Positions 7,767 to 16,154 of a DNA stretch of 20,000 nucleotides are shown here, in pieces. The position numbers were made by a program, and so were the translations under genes. The notes under the pieces are model-generated. The model had not been told where the DNA came from and did no database searches. It saw only the letters and a list, made by a program, of their open reading frames with translations. The stretch is from an uncultured virus (IMG/VR IMGVR_UViG_3300042883_000765) (Duplodnaviria > Heunggongvirae > Uroviricota > Caudoviricetes), in the IMG/VR virus record IMGVR_UViG_3300042883_000765; one strand, 5' to 3'. Within the stretch, counting starts at the first letter, position 1; the number at the start of each line of letters is the position of its first letter.

Positions 7767-8201
7767 ATGCCCAAAATTATTAGACAAGAACCATCACCGT
7801 CTGAGGACAACTACATCCAAAGGCTTACCGAGGAATACCTCAAGTCAAAGACCTTCAGTGATTTAGCCACTGCCCGTACCGACGAATTGAAAAAAGAGTT
7901 GTCGGCGCTAGTTGACACTGATGGATATGCCGACCACAAGGGAAGCAAGTGGATTGAGACCAAGGGTGGTATTCAATTAAAGCGCGAGCGTCGCGTCTCA
8001 GTTTCCTTGAACCATGAGTCAGCCCGCGAATGGGCTGAGAAGAACGACCTGTGGGATCAGATATCCGTCACCGTTCAGATGTTGGATGAAGATGCCCTCG
8101 CTACCGTGGCTTGGGAACACCCCGAATTGCAATCAGAAATCCAGGAACTGTACTCCGAAAAGGAATCGTGGGCTTTTAAGGTCATTGAACCTAAAAAGTA
8201 A
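7767..8201 (+). CDS. Hypothetical protein (helical N-terminus; weakly Gam/Gp157-like)
   Basis: Strong AGGAGG RBS. The family resemblance is impressionistic. Confidence 0.7.
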   Translation: MPKIIRQEPSPSEDNYIQRLTEEYLKSKTFSDLATARTDELKKELSALVDTDGYADHKGSKWIETKGGIQLKRERRVSVSLNHESAREWAEKNDLWDQISVTVQMLDEDALATVAWEHPELQSEIQELYSEKESWAFKVIEPKK

Positions 8202-8214
8202 TACATGATAACCT
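8185..8214 (+). promoter_or_regulatory. Putative sigma70/SigA-type promoter
   Basis: -35 TTGAAC (8185-8190), 18-bp spacer, extended -10 TG-A-TAACCT (8206-8214), upstream of the GGGAGG RBS of the 8235 ORF. Confidence 0.5.
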
Positions 8215-8234
8215 TAAAACAAAGGGAGGCAGTC

Positions 8235-8417
8235 ATGTCTAAGTCAACAACCGATCAAGTACCTCCCGGGAGATGGGAATGTCCGAAATGTGGCTCTCTA
8301 CTGGAGACGATGATCCCAACGAACGGACCACCTCTGTGTTCCCGACACACTGGTGGCGTCGTCCCGTTCATAATGACAACCAAGAAGCCCGCGAAGGAGA
8401 CTCCGAGTTCATCCTGA
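8235..8417 (+). CDS. Small zinc-ribbon protein, 60 aa
   Basis: GGGAGG RBS favours ATG 8235 over 8205. WECPKC...CSRH motif. Confidence 0.7.
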   Translation: MSKSTTDQVPPGRWECPKCGSLLETMIPTNGPPLCSRHTGGVVPFIMTTKKPAKETPSSS

Positions 8418-8419
8418 CA

Positions 8420-8584
8420 ATGGATGCAATCGTTAGTCTCTTACGAGTAATTTCTATATGTCCAACTGAAGATTTAGCAAATGCATTATGTGATTCTGAA
8501 ACTGGTGTTTCATTAGATGAACAAGAGCGAATAGTCTCATGGTGCGATAATTTGGCTGACGGTATTGTTAGTTACGAGGAATAA
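8420..8584 (+). CDS. Small acidic hypothetical protein, 54 aa (MDAIVSLL...)
   Basis: Fills the gap between its neighbours with 2-nt spacing on each side. It is the 3' part of track ORF 8273..8584. Confidence 0.6.
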   Translation: MDAIVSLLRVISICPTEDLANALCDSETGVSLDEQERIVSWCDNLADGIVSYEE

Positions 8585-8586
8585 CA

Positions 8587-9015
8587 ATGGGGATTGACCC
8601 AATTGAACTAATGGGAGGATTACCTGACTGGCCTGGTTCCCGCCCACCTAAAAATAGAGGTAAAAACAAACCAATTGCAGTCAATACTATTAATGGCGCA
8701 CAATCTAAGAATTATCGCATTAATGGCGTAGATGTAGAAATGTTCACAATTGGCGAAGCAGGAAAAGCAATCAACCGATCAGCAAGTACACTAAGAATGT
8801 GGGAGCATCAAGGGTGGATACCAAAGACCAACTACAGGACATCCGCACCTCGGAAATCTCAGTTACCAAACAAAGTACCCAAGGGTCGTCGCCTGTATAC
8901 TCGCAAGCAAGTAGAATTCCTGAAAGACTGTATACAGCGCTTCAACTTGGACGACAGAAACTCCAAGCACTGGAATGACTTTAGACATTACGCAATAACT
9001 AATTGGCCCAAGTGA
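8587..9015 (+). CDS. MerR-type HTH DNA-binding protein
   Basis: FTIGEAGKAINRSASTLRMWEHQGWIP...GRRLYT is a MerR HTH signature. GAGGA RBS. Confidence 0.85.
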   Translation: MGIDPIELMGGLPDWPGSRPPKNRGKNKPIAVNTINGAQSKNYRINGVDVEMFTIGEAGKAINRSASTLRMWEHQGWIPKTNYRTSAPRKSQLPNKVPKGRRLYTRKQVEFLKDCIQRFNLDDRNSKHWNDFRHYAITNWPK

Positions 9016-9150
9016 CTTGGGAAATTATTAAGAAAAACGCGCCGAACAGCAAATCGCAAGATATGCTCGGTCACCAAGAACTTATCGGTCGCCAATAGGC
9101 GCCTGACAAGTAACCAACAAACACAAACACACACACGAGAAAGAAAAATC

Positions 9151-9876
9151 ATGCCCAGATACGATGATGACGACGACGCTTTTGAAAAAGACGAAGTCGC
9201 ATATGAAGCCCCACGAAAGTCACGAGCCATTGAGGATGACGATGACGACGATGCCCCCGTGCGTAAGCCCGCAAAAGCGGAACCCGCACCCCGCAAAGTA
9301 ATTCGCGGTGGTTGGGAAGGCGTCTCCCAGTTGAAGTCAAGCGTTACCGACTCGTCATACGCACAGCGCCTCAAGATTGCTGAAGAGCCAATCATTATCA
9401 AGTTCCTTGAAGCCGCACCATACGCCGCCTATCGCCAACACTGGATGGAGCGCACTGGTCAGAAGTCATTCACTTGCATCGCCAATATTGATGATCGTGG
9501 ATGCCCACTGTGCGAATCAGGTAACAAGCCCAGCAACAAGTTCGCATTCAATGTGGTCCTGTTGACTCAAGATGAAGAACCCGTACTTCGCTCATACGAA
9601 GTTGGCTCACGCGTCATTGACCAGTTGAAGAACTTCAATGATGATCCTCGCCAAGGACCTCTGCCCAAGCACTACTGGGCGGTTTCACGCTCAGGCAAGG
9701 GTGCGACCACCGCTACCAACCATCAGTTGGTAAAGGCTCGTGACCTTGAAGAGGAATGGGGCGTTCAGGACTTGAGCGATGATGAATTAGGCAAGTTTCT
9801 TCGGAGTGCTTATACGGAAGAGATTATCCCGATTCCCAACCGCAAAGAATTACTCGCCATTTCGTCTGAAGAATGA
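9151..9876 (+). CDS. Single-stranded DNA-binding protein, T4 gp32-like
   Basis: IKFL...QHW...FTC...CPLC...FAFNV pattern (His/Cys3 zinc site), acidic tracts, and position directly before the polymerase. Confidence 0.7.
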   Translation: MPRYDDDDDAFEKDEVAYEAPRKSRAIEDDDDDDAPVRKPAKAEPAPRKVIRGGWEGVSQLKSSVTDSSYAQRLKIAEEPIIIKFLEAAPYAAYRQHWMERTGQKSFTCIANIDDRGCPLCESGNKPSNKFAFNVVLLTQDEEPVLRSYEVGSRVIDQLKNFNDDPRQGPLPKHYWAVSRSGKGATTATNHQLVKARDLEEEWGVQDLSDDELGKFLRSAYTEEIIPIPNRKELLAISSEE

Positions 9877-11972
9877 GCGTAGATATTCGTAGCGAGGGGA
9901 GGGGTCTAACAGCCCCTCCCCTTGTTGTTTCTACGATTGAAGAAATCCATGAGATCGTTAAGATCGTGCAAAGCGTAGGTGCTTTTGCATTTGATGTGGA
10001 GACACGCGGAATAGTTGAGCGTCATGCTGACGCCATGAATGCATTTAACACTGAACTCAAGCAACACCTAGCCGACATGGTAACTACTTCCCCAGCGGTT
10101 AGAGAAGCCACGCAAGAACGACTGATGGAAAAGTGGCGAGGTATCATCGCCCTTGATCCCTTGCGTAACGAAGTCTTTTGGATTGGTATAGCCACCGATG
10201 GTCATTCCTGGGCTATACCAATGGGACATTTATGCGGTGAGATCATTGTCCCCGAAGAAGTTGGCGACGGTTCAACCGTTCCCCCTACTGGCTACCGCAA
10301 ACTAAAAAAGGATGGGACTGAGTCCGAGGCAAAGATTCGTTACCGTATCCCCGCTGTATTCAGCGCACCACCCGAACAACTATCTCGTTCTGATGTGTTT
10401 ACAGCATTAGAACCCTTATTCTCTGACCCAAATATCATCAAGGTGGGTCACAATGTCAAGTTTGACGCCCGCTCTATTCGCAAGTATCTAAATGTTGAGT
10501 TACCTTTGTCAGGATTTATGGACACGATGCTCATGCAACACATCGTGAATGAGAATCTCCGTGGCTACAGCCTGACAGATTTAATCGCCCACAATTATGA
10601 CGGGCACGACGCCTATTACAAAGAGGGCAAACTCGGCAAGATCATCAATACCGTGGCGTTCTCATCGGCTACCAAATATGTCCACCTAGATGTCCGCTGG
10701 ACATGGATGCTTTACAAGCGACTGTGGAACAAGATCAAGAACAAAGAAGGTCTACGGAACGCCCTTGATCAAGACATGGTTGTACTCCGTGTCATTATGG
10801 ACATGGAAGACATTGGTATTCCTGTCAAAAAAAGTGCCATGGTTGTCCTTGGTCGGGAACTGGATGGTCGCATGCGCGATCTCTTAAATGAGATGTCCCA
10901 GTTCACCCCCTTAGGGTTCAATCCCGATAGCAACAAGAGTAAGCAAGAGTTCTTATTTAAAAGCAAAGCAGATGGTGGTCTTGGTCTAAAGTCCCACAAG
11001 CAGACTGCCAAGGGTGCGTCATCTGTTGACGAAGAAGCATTGCGCTTCATTGAAAACGCCCACCCACTCATCCCATTACTACTTGAGTGGCAAGAAGTAA
11101 AGAAGATGAAGTCAACCTATGTTGACAGCCTTCTTCTAAAGTTGGTCAACAATAGCCTTCACCCCTCATACCATCTCCACAGAACTGCAACTGGTCGCCT
11201 GTCTTCTAGTAACCCCAATCTTCAAAACATTCCAAGAGATTCCAGCATCCGGAGTTTGTTCGTAGCACCAGCCGGTCATACATTGCTCGTGGCTGACTAT
11301 GATCAGATTGAACTAAGGGTTATGTGCATGTTTTCTAAGGATAAGAATATGAGTAAGTTCTTCCTTGAAGAGCAGGACATCCATGCTGGCGCTGCCGCCC
11401 TTGTCCTAAACAAACCAGTCGCTGATGTAACTTCCGAGGAACGACAGTTGGGTAAGGGAGTTAACTTCCTGACAGCGTACGGCGGTGGTGCACAGAAACT
11501 TGCTCGCACTACAGGCATTACTGAAAAAAAAGCAAGAGAAGTAATTAATAACTATTACAAACAATTTAGTGGAATATCTGCGTGGAAGAACACTGAGATT
11601 GTAAAAGCAATACAACGCGGTTATGTGAGTACTTTGTCGGGTCGTCGTCGTCGGCTACCTGAACTTACAAGTCGTGATGAGGGTTTACGAGCACGAGCAG
11701 AACGCCAAGCAATCAATGCTATTGTTCAAGGTTCCGCGGCTGATATCTGCAAGATCGCTATGATTGATGTTCACGAAGCACTGAAACCATTCAATGCCAA
11801 GATATTGGTACAGGTGCATGACGAGTTAGTGGTAGCAGTCCCAAATAAGCACATAGAAGAAGCACAAAAAGTAATGGTTCAAGCCATGGGTCAAGACCGA
11901 GTTATCGCTGGTATCCCATTGAAGGTATCCTGTCATTCAGCAAACTCATGGTCGGAGGCTAAGGGAAAATGA
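9873..11972 (+). CDS. polA: Family A DNA polymerase with 3'-5' exonuclease (no 5'-3' exonuclease domain)
   Basis: ExoI FDVET, ExoII GHNVKFD, TGRLSSSNPNLQNIP, motif A ADYDQIELR, motif B RQLGKGVNFLTAYG, motif C VHDE. ATGA overlap with the SSB gene. Confidence 0.97.
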   Translation: MSVDIRSEGRGLTAPPLVVSTIEEIHEIVKIVQSVGAFAFDVETRGIVERHADAMNAFNTELKQHLADMVTTSPAVREATQERLMEKWRGIIALDPLRNEVFWIGIATDGHSWAIPMGHLCGEIIVPEEVGDGSTVPPTGYRKLKKDGTESEAKIRYRIPAVFSAPPEQLSRSDVFTALEPLFSDPNIIKVGHNVKFDARSIRKYLNVELPLSGFMDTMLMQHIVNENLRGYSLTDLIAHNYDGHDAYYKEGKLGKIINTVAFSSATKYVHLDVRWTWMLYKRLWNKIKNKEGLRNALDQDMVVLRVIMDMEDIGIPVKKSAMVVLGRELDGRMRDLLNEMSQFTPLGFNPDSNKSKQEFLFKSKADGGLGLKSHKQTAKGASSVDEEALRFIENAHPLIPLLLEWQEVKKMKSTYVDSLLLKLVNNSLHPSYHLHRTATGRLSSSNPNLQNIPRDSSIRSLFVAPAGHTLLVADYDQIELRVMCMFSKDKNMSKFFLEEQDIHAGAAALVLNKPVADVTSEERQLGKGVNFLTAYGGGAQKLARTTGITEKKAREVINNYYKQFSGISAWKNTEIVKAIQRGYVSTLSGRRRRLPELTSRDEGLRARAERQAINAIVQGSAADICKIAMIDVHEALKPFNAKILVQVHDELVVAVPNKHIEEAQKVMVQAMGQDRVIAGIPLKVSCHSANSWSEAKGK
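9895..9930 (+). terminator. Terminator/attenuator-like hairpin inside the first codons of polA
   Basis: AGGGGAGGGG-TCTAACAG-CCCCTCCCCT followed by TGTTGTTT. Confidence 0.65.
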
Positions 11973-12460
11973 ACGAAGATTACGAACCACTGAACCACAG
12001 AACATTTCTCCTGACTATGTCCCCACAAGACGGTCAAGAGATTGCCGAGATGGCTGGTTTCTCGCTTCCCTCAGAAGAAGTCATGGAACAAGAAACCACA
12101 GATGTTATGGGTAAGTGGTTTACCCTAAAGGCTCTCGGACTACTTGACGACATAACTAAGTGCTCTGAATGGGTGTCCCATATCATCCAGTTACAAAATG
12201 ACCTTGACGAAAAAGAGGTTGATGTTTCTGTCGCCCTCTTCACTTCGTTTGGTGTCTCACTTATAACCATGCTCTTAGATAACCAAGATATTAAAATATG
12301 TGGAGAAATTCCACTAGTTATTCCACCCGATGCACTCAACCAGATGATCTCAGTGATTAGTATGTTCTCAATTGACCCTCCTGACTTTGACGACGACGAC
12401 GAAGATGATGGATGGGACGAATATTTCAACGGAGAACAGGAGGACGAAGACGATGAGTGA
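11969..12460 (+). CDS. Hypothetical protein with acidic C-terminal tail
   Basis: ATGA overlap with polA, 163 aa, D/E-rich tail. Confidence 0.75.
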   Translation: MNEDYEPLNHRTFLLTMSPQDGQEIAEMAGFSLPSEEVMEQETTDVMGKWFTLKALGLLDDITKCSEWVSHIIQLQNDLDEKEVDVSVALFTSFGVSLITMLLDNQDIKICGEIPLVIPPDALNQMISVISMFSIDPPDFDDDDEDDGWDEYFNGEQEDEDDE

Positions 12461-12824
12461 CTGGTGGTCAAGAAAAATAGGTAATCAACCCTCACCCCCA
12501 CCTCGGACGCCCCCGTCAACTATGCCGTCCAGCCCGAGCAACATTAGGTTTCCTCAGGTTCAACAACCTGCACCACAGGCACATTCACAAGTTCAAGCAT
12601 CTGTTGACGCAAACGGTGAAATCAACATGGGCGAAGCAATTCGTTCATGGAAGGGTGGCGAAGCCGCTCGGCGCGAAACACATGATTGCCCTGAATGTGG
12701 CAGTAGCCTAGTCTTCAGCCGATCAAAAGGAATGATCAATGGTCATTCACCTGCACCTCGCTGTTACTGTTGCGGATGGAATGGTAAATACTCACAAGCA
12801 GACCAATCTTCTTGGTCTATCTAA
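12453..12824 (+). CDS. Hypothetical zinc-ribbon protein, 123 aa (MSDWWSRK...)
   Basis: AGGAGG RBS at 12438-12443, Pro-rich N-terminus, CPEC...CYCC. Confidence 0.75.
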   Translation: MSDWWSRKIGNQPSPPPRTPPSTMPSSPSNIRFPQVQQPAPQAHSQVQASVDANGEINMGEAIRSWKGGEAARRETHDCPECGSSLVFSRSKGMINGHSPAPRCYCCGWNGKYSQADQSSWSI

Positions 12825-12839
12825 CAAACGGAAAACAAG

Positions 12840-13853
12840 ATGGACACTTTTGAATCAATCAAGGACATCATCAATAAGAAGCATGGCGCTAATACCATCA
12901 TCAAGGGTTCAGAGATGCGCCAAGAACTTCCCCGTATTACTACGGGAGTCTTAGCATTTGACCTCATGCTCGGTGGCGGTTGGCCTGTCAACCAATGGTC
13001 TGAGATCATTGGAGATGAATCATCAGGTAAGACTGCTCTTGTTCTCAAGACAATCGCGGCTAATCAAGCCTTAGACCCTGAGTGGGTCGTCCTATGGATC
13101 GCGGCTGAAGAGTTCGTTCCCGAGTATGCCCAAGCAATTGGCATTGACTTAGAGCGCATTTGGATCGTTGAGACCAACATTATGGAACAGGCATATGACC
13201 TCATCACCAAGGCTCTAGATAACCGAGCCGTGGACTGCATCGTGGTTGACTCATTCCCAGCCCTTATCCCCAATGATGAGAACGAAAAGATGATGGAAGA
13301 GTTCACCGTAGGTCTCGGTGCCCGACTCACCAGCAAGTTTATGAAGAAGAGCGCCAAGGCTCAGAAGCGTTCAATGGTTAATGCCGACCGTGGTTGCACA
13401 GGTTTAATGATTAACCAGTGGCGCGAAAAGATTGGTGTTATGTATGGTGACCCACGAACTACCCCTGGGGGTAAGGCTAAGAACTACCATTACTTCACTC
13501 GTGTGGAAGTTAAACGCGATGAGTGGATCAAAGAAAAAGACGAAGCCTTTGGTCAGGTCATCAAAGCGCGTACTTTAAAGAATAAGACTTACCGCCCACA
13601 ACAGACAGCACAAGTTGACTTTTACTTCGCGGACGGTAGCGCCAGTGGTTTTAAACTCGGAGAGTTTGACACCATTAAAGATATCGTTAATATTGCTATT
13701 GCTATTAACGCCATCACACGCGCTGGTGCGTTCTACTCGTTCAACGGTCAGAAATGGCAGGGCAAGGATGCCGTCCTTGCGTCAGTTCGTGAAGACCTCG
13801 GTCTTAGGGATGCCCTCACTGAAGTCGCACGAAACCATTTCGCTGTCAAATGA
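12840..13853 (+). CDS. recA: RecA-like recombinase
   Basis: TTG...FD..LGGGWP, Walker A GDESSGKT, IVVDS, INQWREKIGVMYGDPRTTPGGKA. Confidence 0.96.
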   Translation: MDTFESIKDIINKKHGANTIIKGSEMRQELPRITTGVLAFDLMLGGGWPVNQWSEIIGDESSGKTALVLKTIAANQALDPEWVVLWIAAEEFVPEYAQAIGIDLERIWIVETNIMEQAYDLITKALDNRAVDCIVVDSFPALIPNDENEKMMEEFTVGLGARLTSKFMKKSAKAQKRSMVNADRGCTGLMINQWREKIGVMYGDPRTTPGGKAKNYHYFTRVEVKRDEWIKEKDEAFGQVIKARTLKNKTYRPQQTAQVDFYFADGSASGFKLGEFDTIKDIVNIAIAINAITRAGAFYSFNGQKWQGKDAVLASVREDLGLRDALTEVARNHFAVK

Positions 13854-14182
13854 TTATTGGCTCAGACGGTAGCGAAAAGCGATACATTCAGAAGAAATCG
13901 CGCAAGCAAGAAGACCGAACAGCGTCTGCCTATAAGGGGAGCCGTAACGCTGGGTCAGGATCGGGTTGGTTGCGTAAGAATGATGTCAGATCAGAACATT
14001 TTCTTATTGAGAATAAGTTTACAGATAACCTTAAGTCTTACTCAATCAAGTTTACGGACCTCCGTGATCTAGAAACTGTGGCTATCAAAGAAGACCGAAC
14101 ACCAGTATTACAATTTGACTTAGGTGGCAAGAGGTATGTCATCCTGCGCGAAGACGACTTTTTGGAGATGATCAGTGAGTAG
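13850..14182 (+). CDS. PD-(D/E)xK nuclease, Holliday junction resolvase-like
   Basis: SRKQE...GSGSG..KNDV....LIENK pattern. ATGA overlap with recA. Confidence 0.75.
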   Translation: MIIGSDGSEKRYIQKKSRKQEDRTASAYKGSRNAGSGSGWLRKNDVRSEHFLIENKFTDNLKSYSIKFTDLRDLETVAIKEDRTPVLQFDLGGKRYVILREDDFLEMISE

Positions 14183-15194
14183 CAGTAAATGGTTATTAGA
14201 CCAGTTCAAAGAAAATGCCAAATCAACTGGACGGATCGTACCAATTGTCCGAGTCCAGGCGTCATTAGAGAATGTCAATGGTCAGGCTAAACGCGATACC
14301 TTAGGCTTACACCCCAGCGAAATCTGCAAGAAGGATTGGTGTCCGCGCTCGTCATGGTATGCGATTAAGGGTTTCCCTAAACCAGCCGAGACACTCACCT
14401 TTGGTCGCCTTAACATTTTTGCTGAAGGTAACGCCATCCACCATAAGTGGCAACAGTGGTTACGGAACGCTGGAGTTCTACGGGGACTATTCAAGTGCAA
14501 TGCCTGTGGGACTGTCTCAGAAGAAGACTTTTCATTATGTAGTTGTGGTTCCAACAGTATCCGTTACGCAGAAGTCCCGATCCGTAATGAGGAATACAAC
14601 ATCACGGGTCATGCAGACGGAATCGTTGAAGACGCAAACGGTCAACTTTTGATTGAGATTAAGAGTGTCGGCACTGGGACTATTAGATTTGAGGCTCCTG
14701 AGTTATTCGTACCTTACTCTAAGGGTGAAATAACCATAGATGAATTATGGAATCGCATTCGTAAGCCATTCCCATCCCATCTCCGCCAAGCAAACATGTA
14801 CATGTTCTGTATGGGTATTCACGAACTGGCATTTATATACGAGTGGAAGCCAACGCAGGATGTAAAAGAATTCAATGTCAGGTTCCAACCTGAGATTATT
14901 GAGAGTATCCTTGAAGGATGTAAAGATGTGGTCTCTCATCTTGAAGGCAAGAGACCACCAATGCGCCCAGTTTGGGCGTCAGGAATAGACAACGCAACAT
15001 GCAAGAAATGCCCATACAAAAACAAATGCTGGGGAGAAGATGATGACACGAATAATCAGATCAGTACCGTCCAACGATCCGTTGGAGAGGTTCACGGACA
15101 AGTTCAGTCTCCCAGCGAGACCAGCGGAATCCCCACCCGAGATACCGAGGGACCTAGACGGGTTGTCAGACGCCGATCTGATGAATCTCTATAG
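14175..15194 (+). CDS. Cas4/RecB-like exonuclease (PD-(D/E)xK, Fe-S cysteines)
   Basis: HPSEI...WCPR, G..IH, GHADG, IEIKS, Q.NMY and C-terminal CKKCPYKNKC. Extra internal CNAC...CSC. Confidence 0.88.
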   Translation: MSSSKWLLDQFKENAKSTGRIVPIVRVQASLENVNGQAKRDTLGLHPSEICKKDWCPRSSWYAIKGFPKPAETLTFGRLNIFAEGNAIHHKWQQWLRNAGVLRGLFKCNACGTVSEEDFSLCSCGSNSIRYAEVPIRNEEYNITGHADGIVEDANGQLLIEIKSVGTGTIRFEAPELFVPYSKGEITIDELWNRIRKPFPSHLRQANMYMFCMGIHELAFIYEWKPTQDVKEFNVRFQPEIIESILEGCKDVVSHLEGKRPPMRPVWASGIDNATCKKCPYKNKCWGEDDDTNNQISTVQRSVGEVHGQVQSPSETSGIPTRDTEGPRRVVRRRSDESL

Positions 15195-15540
15195 AGAGTT
15201 CATGGGTTGGGTCTCGTATTCACAGGCTGAGTTAGTCAAGGCTGAGATTGACGAAGACAAGCAGTCCCACAAGTGCCGACTGTCTGAGTCCATGGTCCTC
15301 ATTAGCCAGTGGAACTCAGCCGACAAGGCTGACCGAGTAACCTTGGCTAAAGCACGACGCGATGTAGACCCAGCAGTGGTTGCACAGCAGGAGGCATACC
15401 AAGTTGCTCGCGCATATCGTAAACTGGTACAGACTATGTTTGATACCTGCGAACGCGGGGCGCAACTATTATCCCGCGAACTATCACGGCGTATCGGTCT
15501 TGGTAGTAAGGACAACAGAATGGCAAGGTACACAGCGTGA
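15040..15540 (+). CDS. Helical protein, UvsY-like recombination mediator candidate
   Basis: GGGGAG RBS, all-helical amphipathic pattern with DVDPAV...RGAQLLSRELSRR, in the recA neighbourhood. The function is inference. Confidence 0.6.
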   Translation: MMTRIIRSVPSNDPLERFTDKFSLPARPAESPPEIPRDLDGLSDADLMNLYREFMGWVSYSQAELVKAEIDEDKQSHKCRLSESMVLISQWNSADKADRVTLAKARRDVDPAVVAQQEAYQVARAYRKLVQTMFDTCERGAQLLSRELSRRIGLGSKDNRMARYTA

Positions 15541-15746
15541 GTGACATCTACGAATGGCTCAAGAACAAGCAAACCATCAACACGGCTTCAGGCGTCTCTT
15601 ATGATGTCACCAAGTTTGCTGAGGCGGTTCATCTCATTGAGACCCTTATGGCTGACCGTGACAAACTGGCGCAGATCATTGCATCAATGTATAAATGGAC
15701 TGACAAGAGCACTGATGACATCCTCAAGGCTTTCAAAAAGGTCTAA
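15537..15746 (+). CDS. Hypothetical protein, 69 aa
   Basis: GTGA coupling with the upstream stop; fills the gap. Confidence 0.65.
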   Translation: MSDIYEWLKNKQTINTASGVSYDVTKFAEAVHLIETLMADRDKLAQIIASMYKWTDKSTDDILKAFKKV

Positions 15747-15748
15747 CG

Positions 15749-16114
15749 GTGGCTAATCCATCCAAACAAAAAGGTACATCGTTTGAAACGATGATTAAGA
15801 ACTACCTCAATGAGCATGGCTTCCCCGACGCAGAGCGCACACCACTCAAGGGTGGTGCTGATACTGGCGATATCAACGGTATTAAAAACCGAGTAACTGG
15901 TAGAAATGCTATTGTTCAATGTAAGAACCAACGGCAATTCCAACTCAGCCAGTGGCTTGATGCCACAGTAGAACAAGCCAAGCAAAAGGGTGACGCAATT
16001 CCTGCTCTAGTAGTTAAACGACCAAATAAGGGAGTTAATTCACTAGGTGATACTTATGCTGTCTTACGCCTTGATGACCTTATAGAACTGCTTAAAGAGG
16101 CTAATTACTTCTAA
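15749..16114 (+). CDS. Holliday junction resolvase (Hjc-like PD-(D/E)xK)
   Basis: SKQKGTSFE...YL...GF..AER...DTGDI...IVQCKN. Confidence 0.82.
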   Translation: MANPSKQKGTSFETMIKNYLNEHGFPDAERTPLKGGADTGDINGIKNRVTGRNAIVQCKNQRQFQLSQWLDATVEQAKQKGDAIPALVVKRPNKGVNSLGDTYAVLRLDDLIELLKEANYF

Positions 16115-16154
16115 GATAAGGGGGTTAAACAAACCCTTTTAAATTGGAGTACAA

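Noticed and set aside
5588..13853. Inteins or introns in DnaB, PolA or RecA
   Set aside because: Protein lengths are normal, motifs are contiguous, and no C...HN splice ends or homing endonuclease ORFs were seen.
14175..15194. Cas4 as a sign of a CRISPR-Cas system
   Set aside because: There is no repeat-spacer array and no other cas gene. Solo Cas4-like nucleases are common in phage recombination modules.
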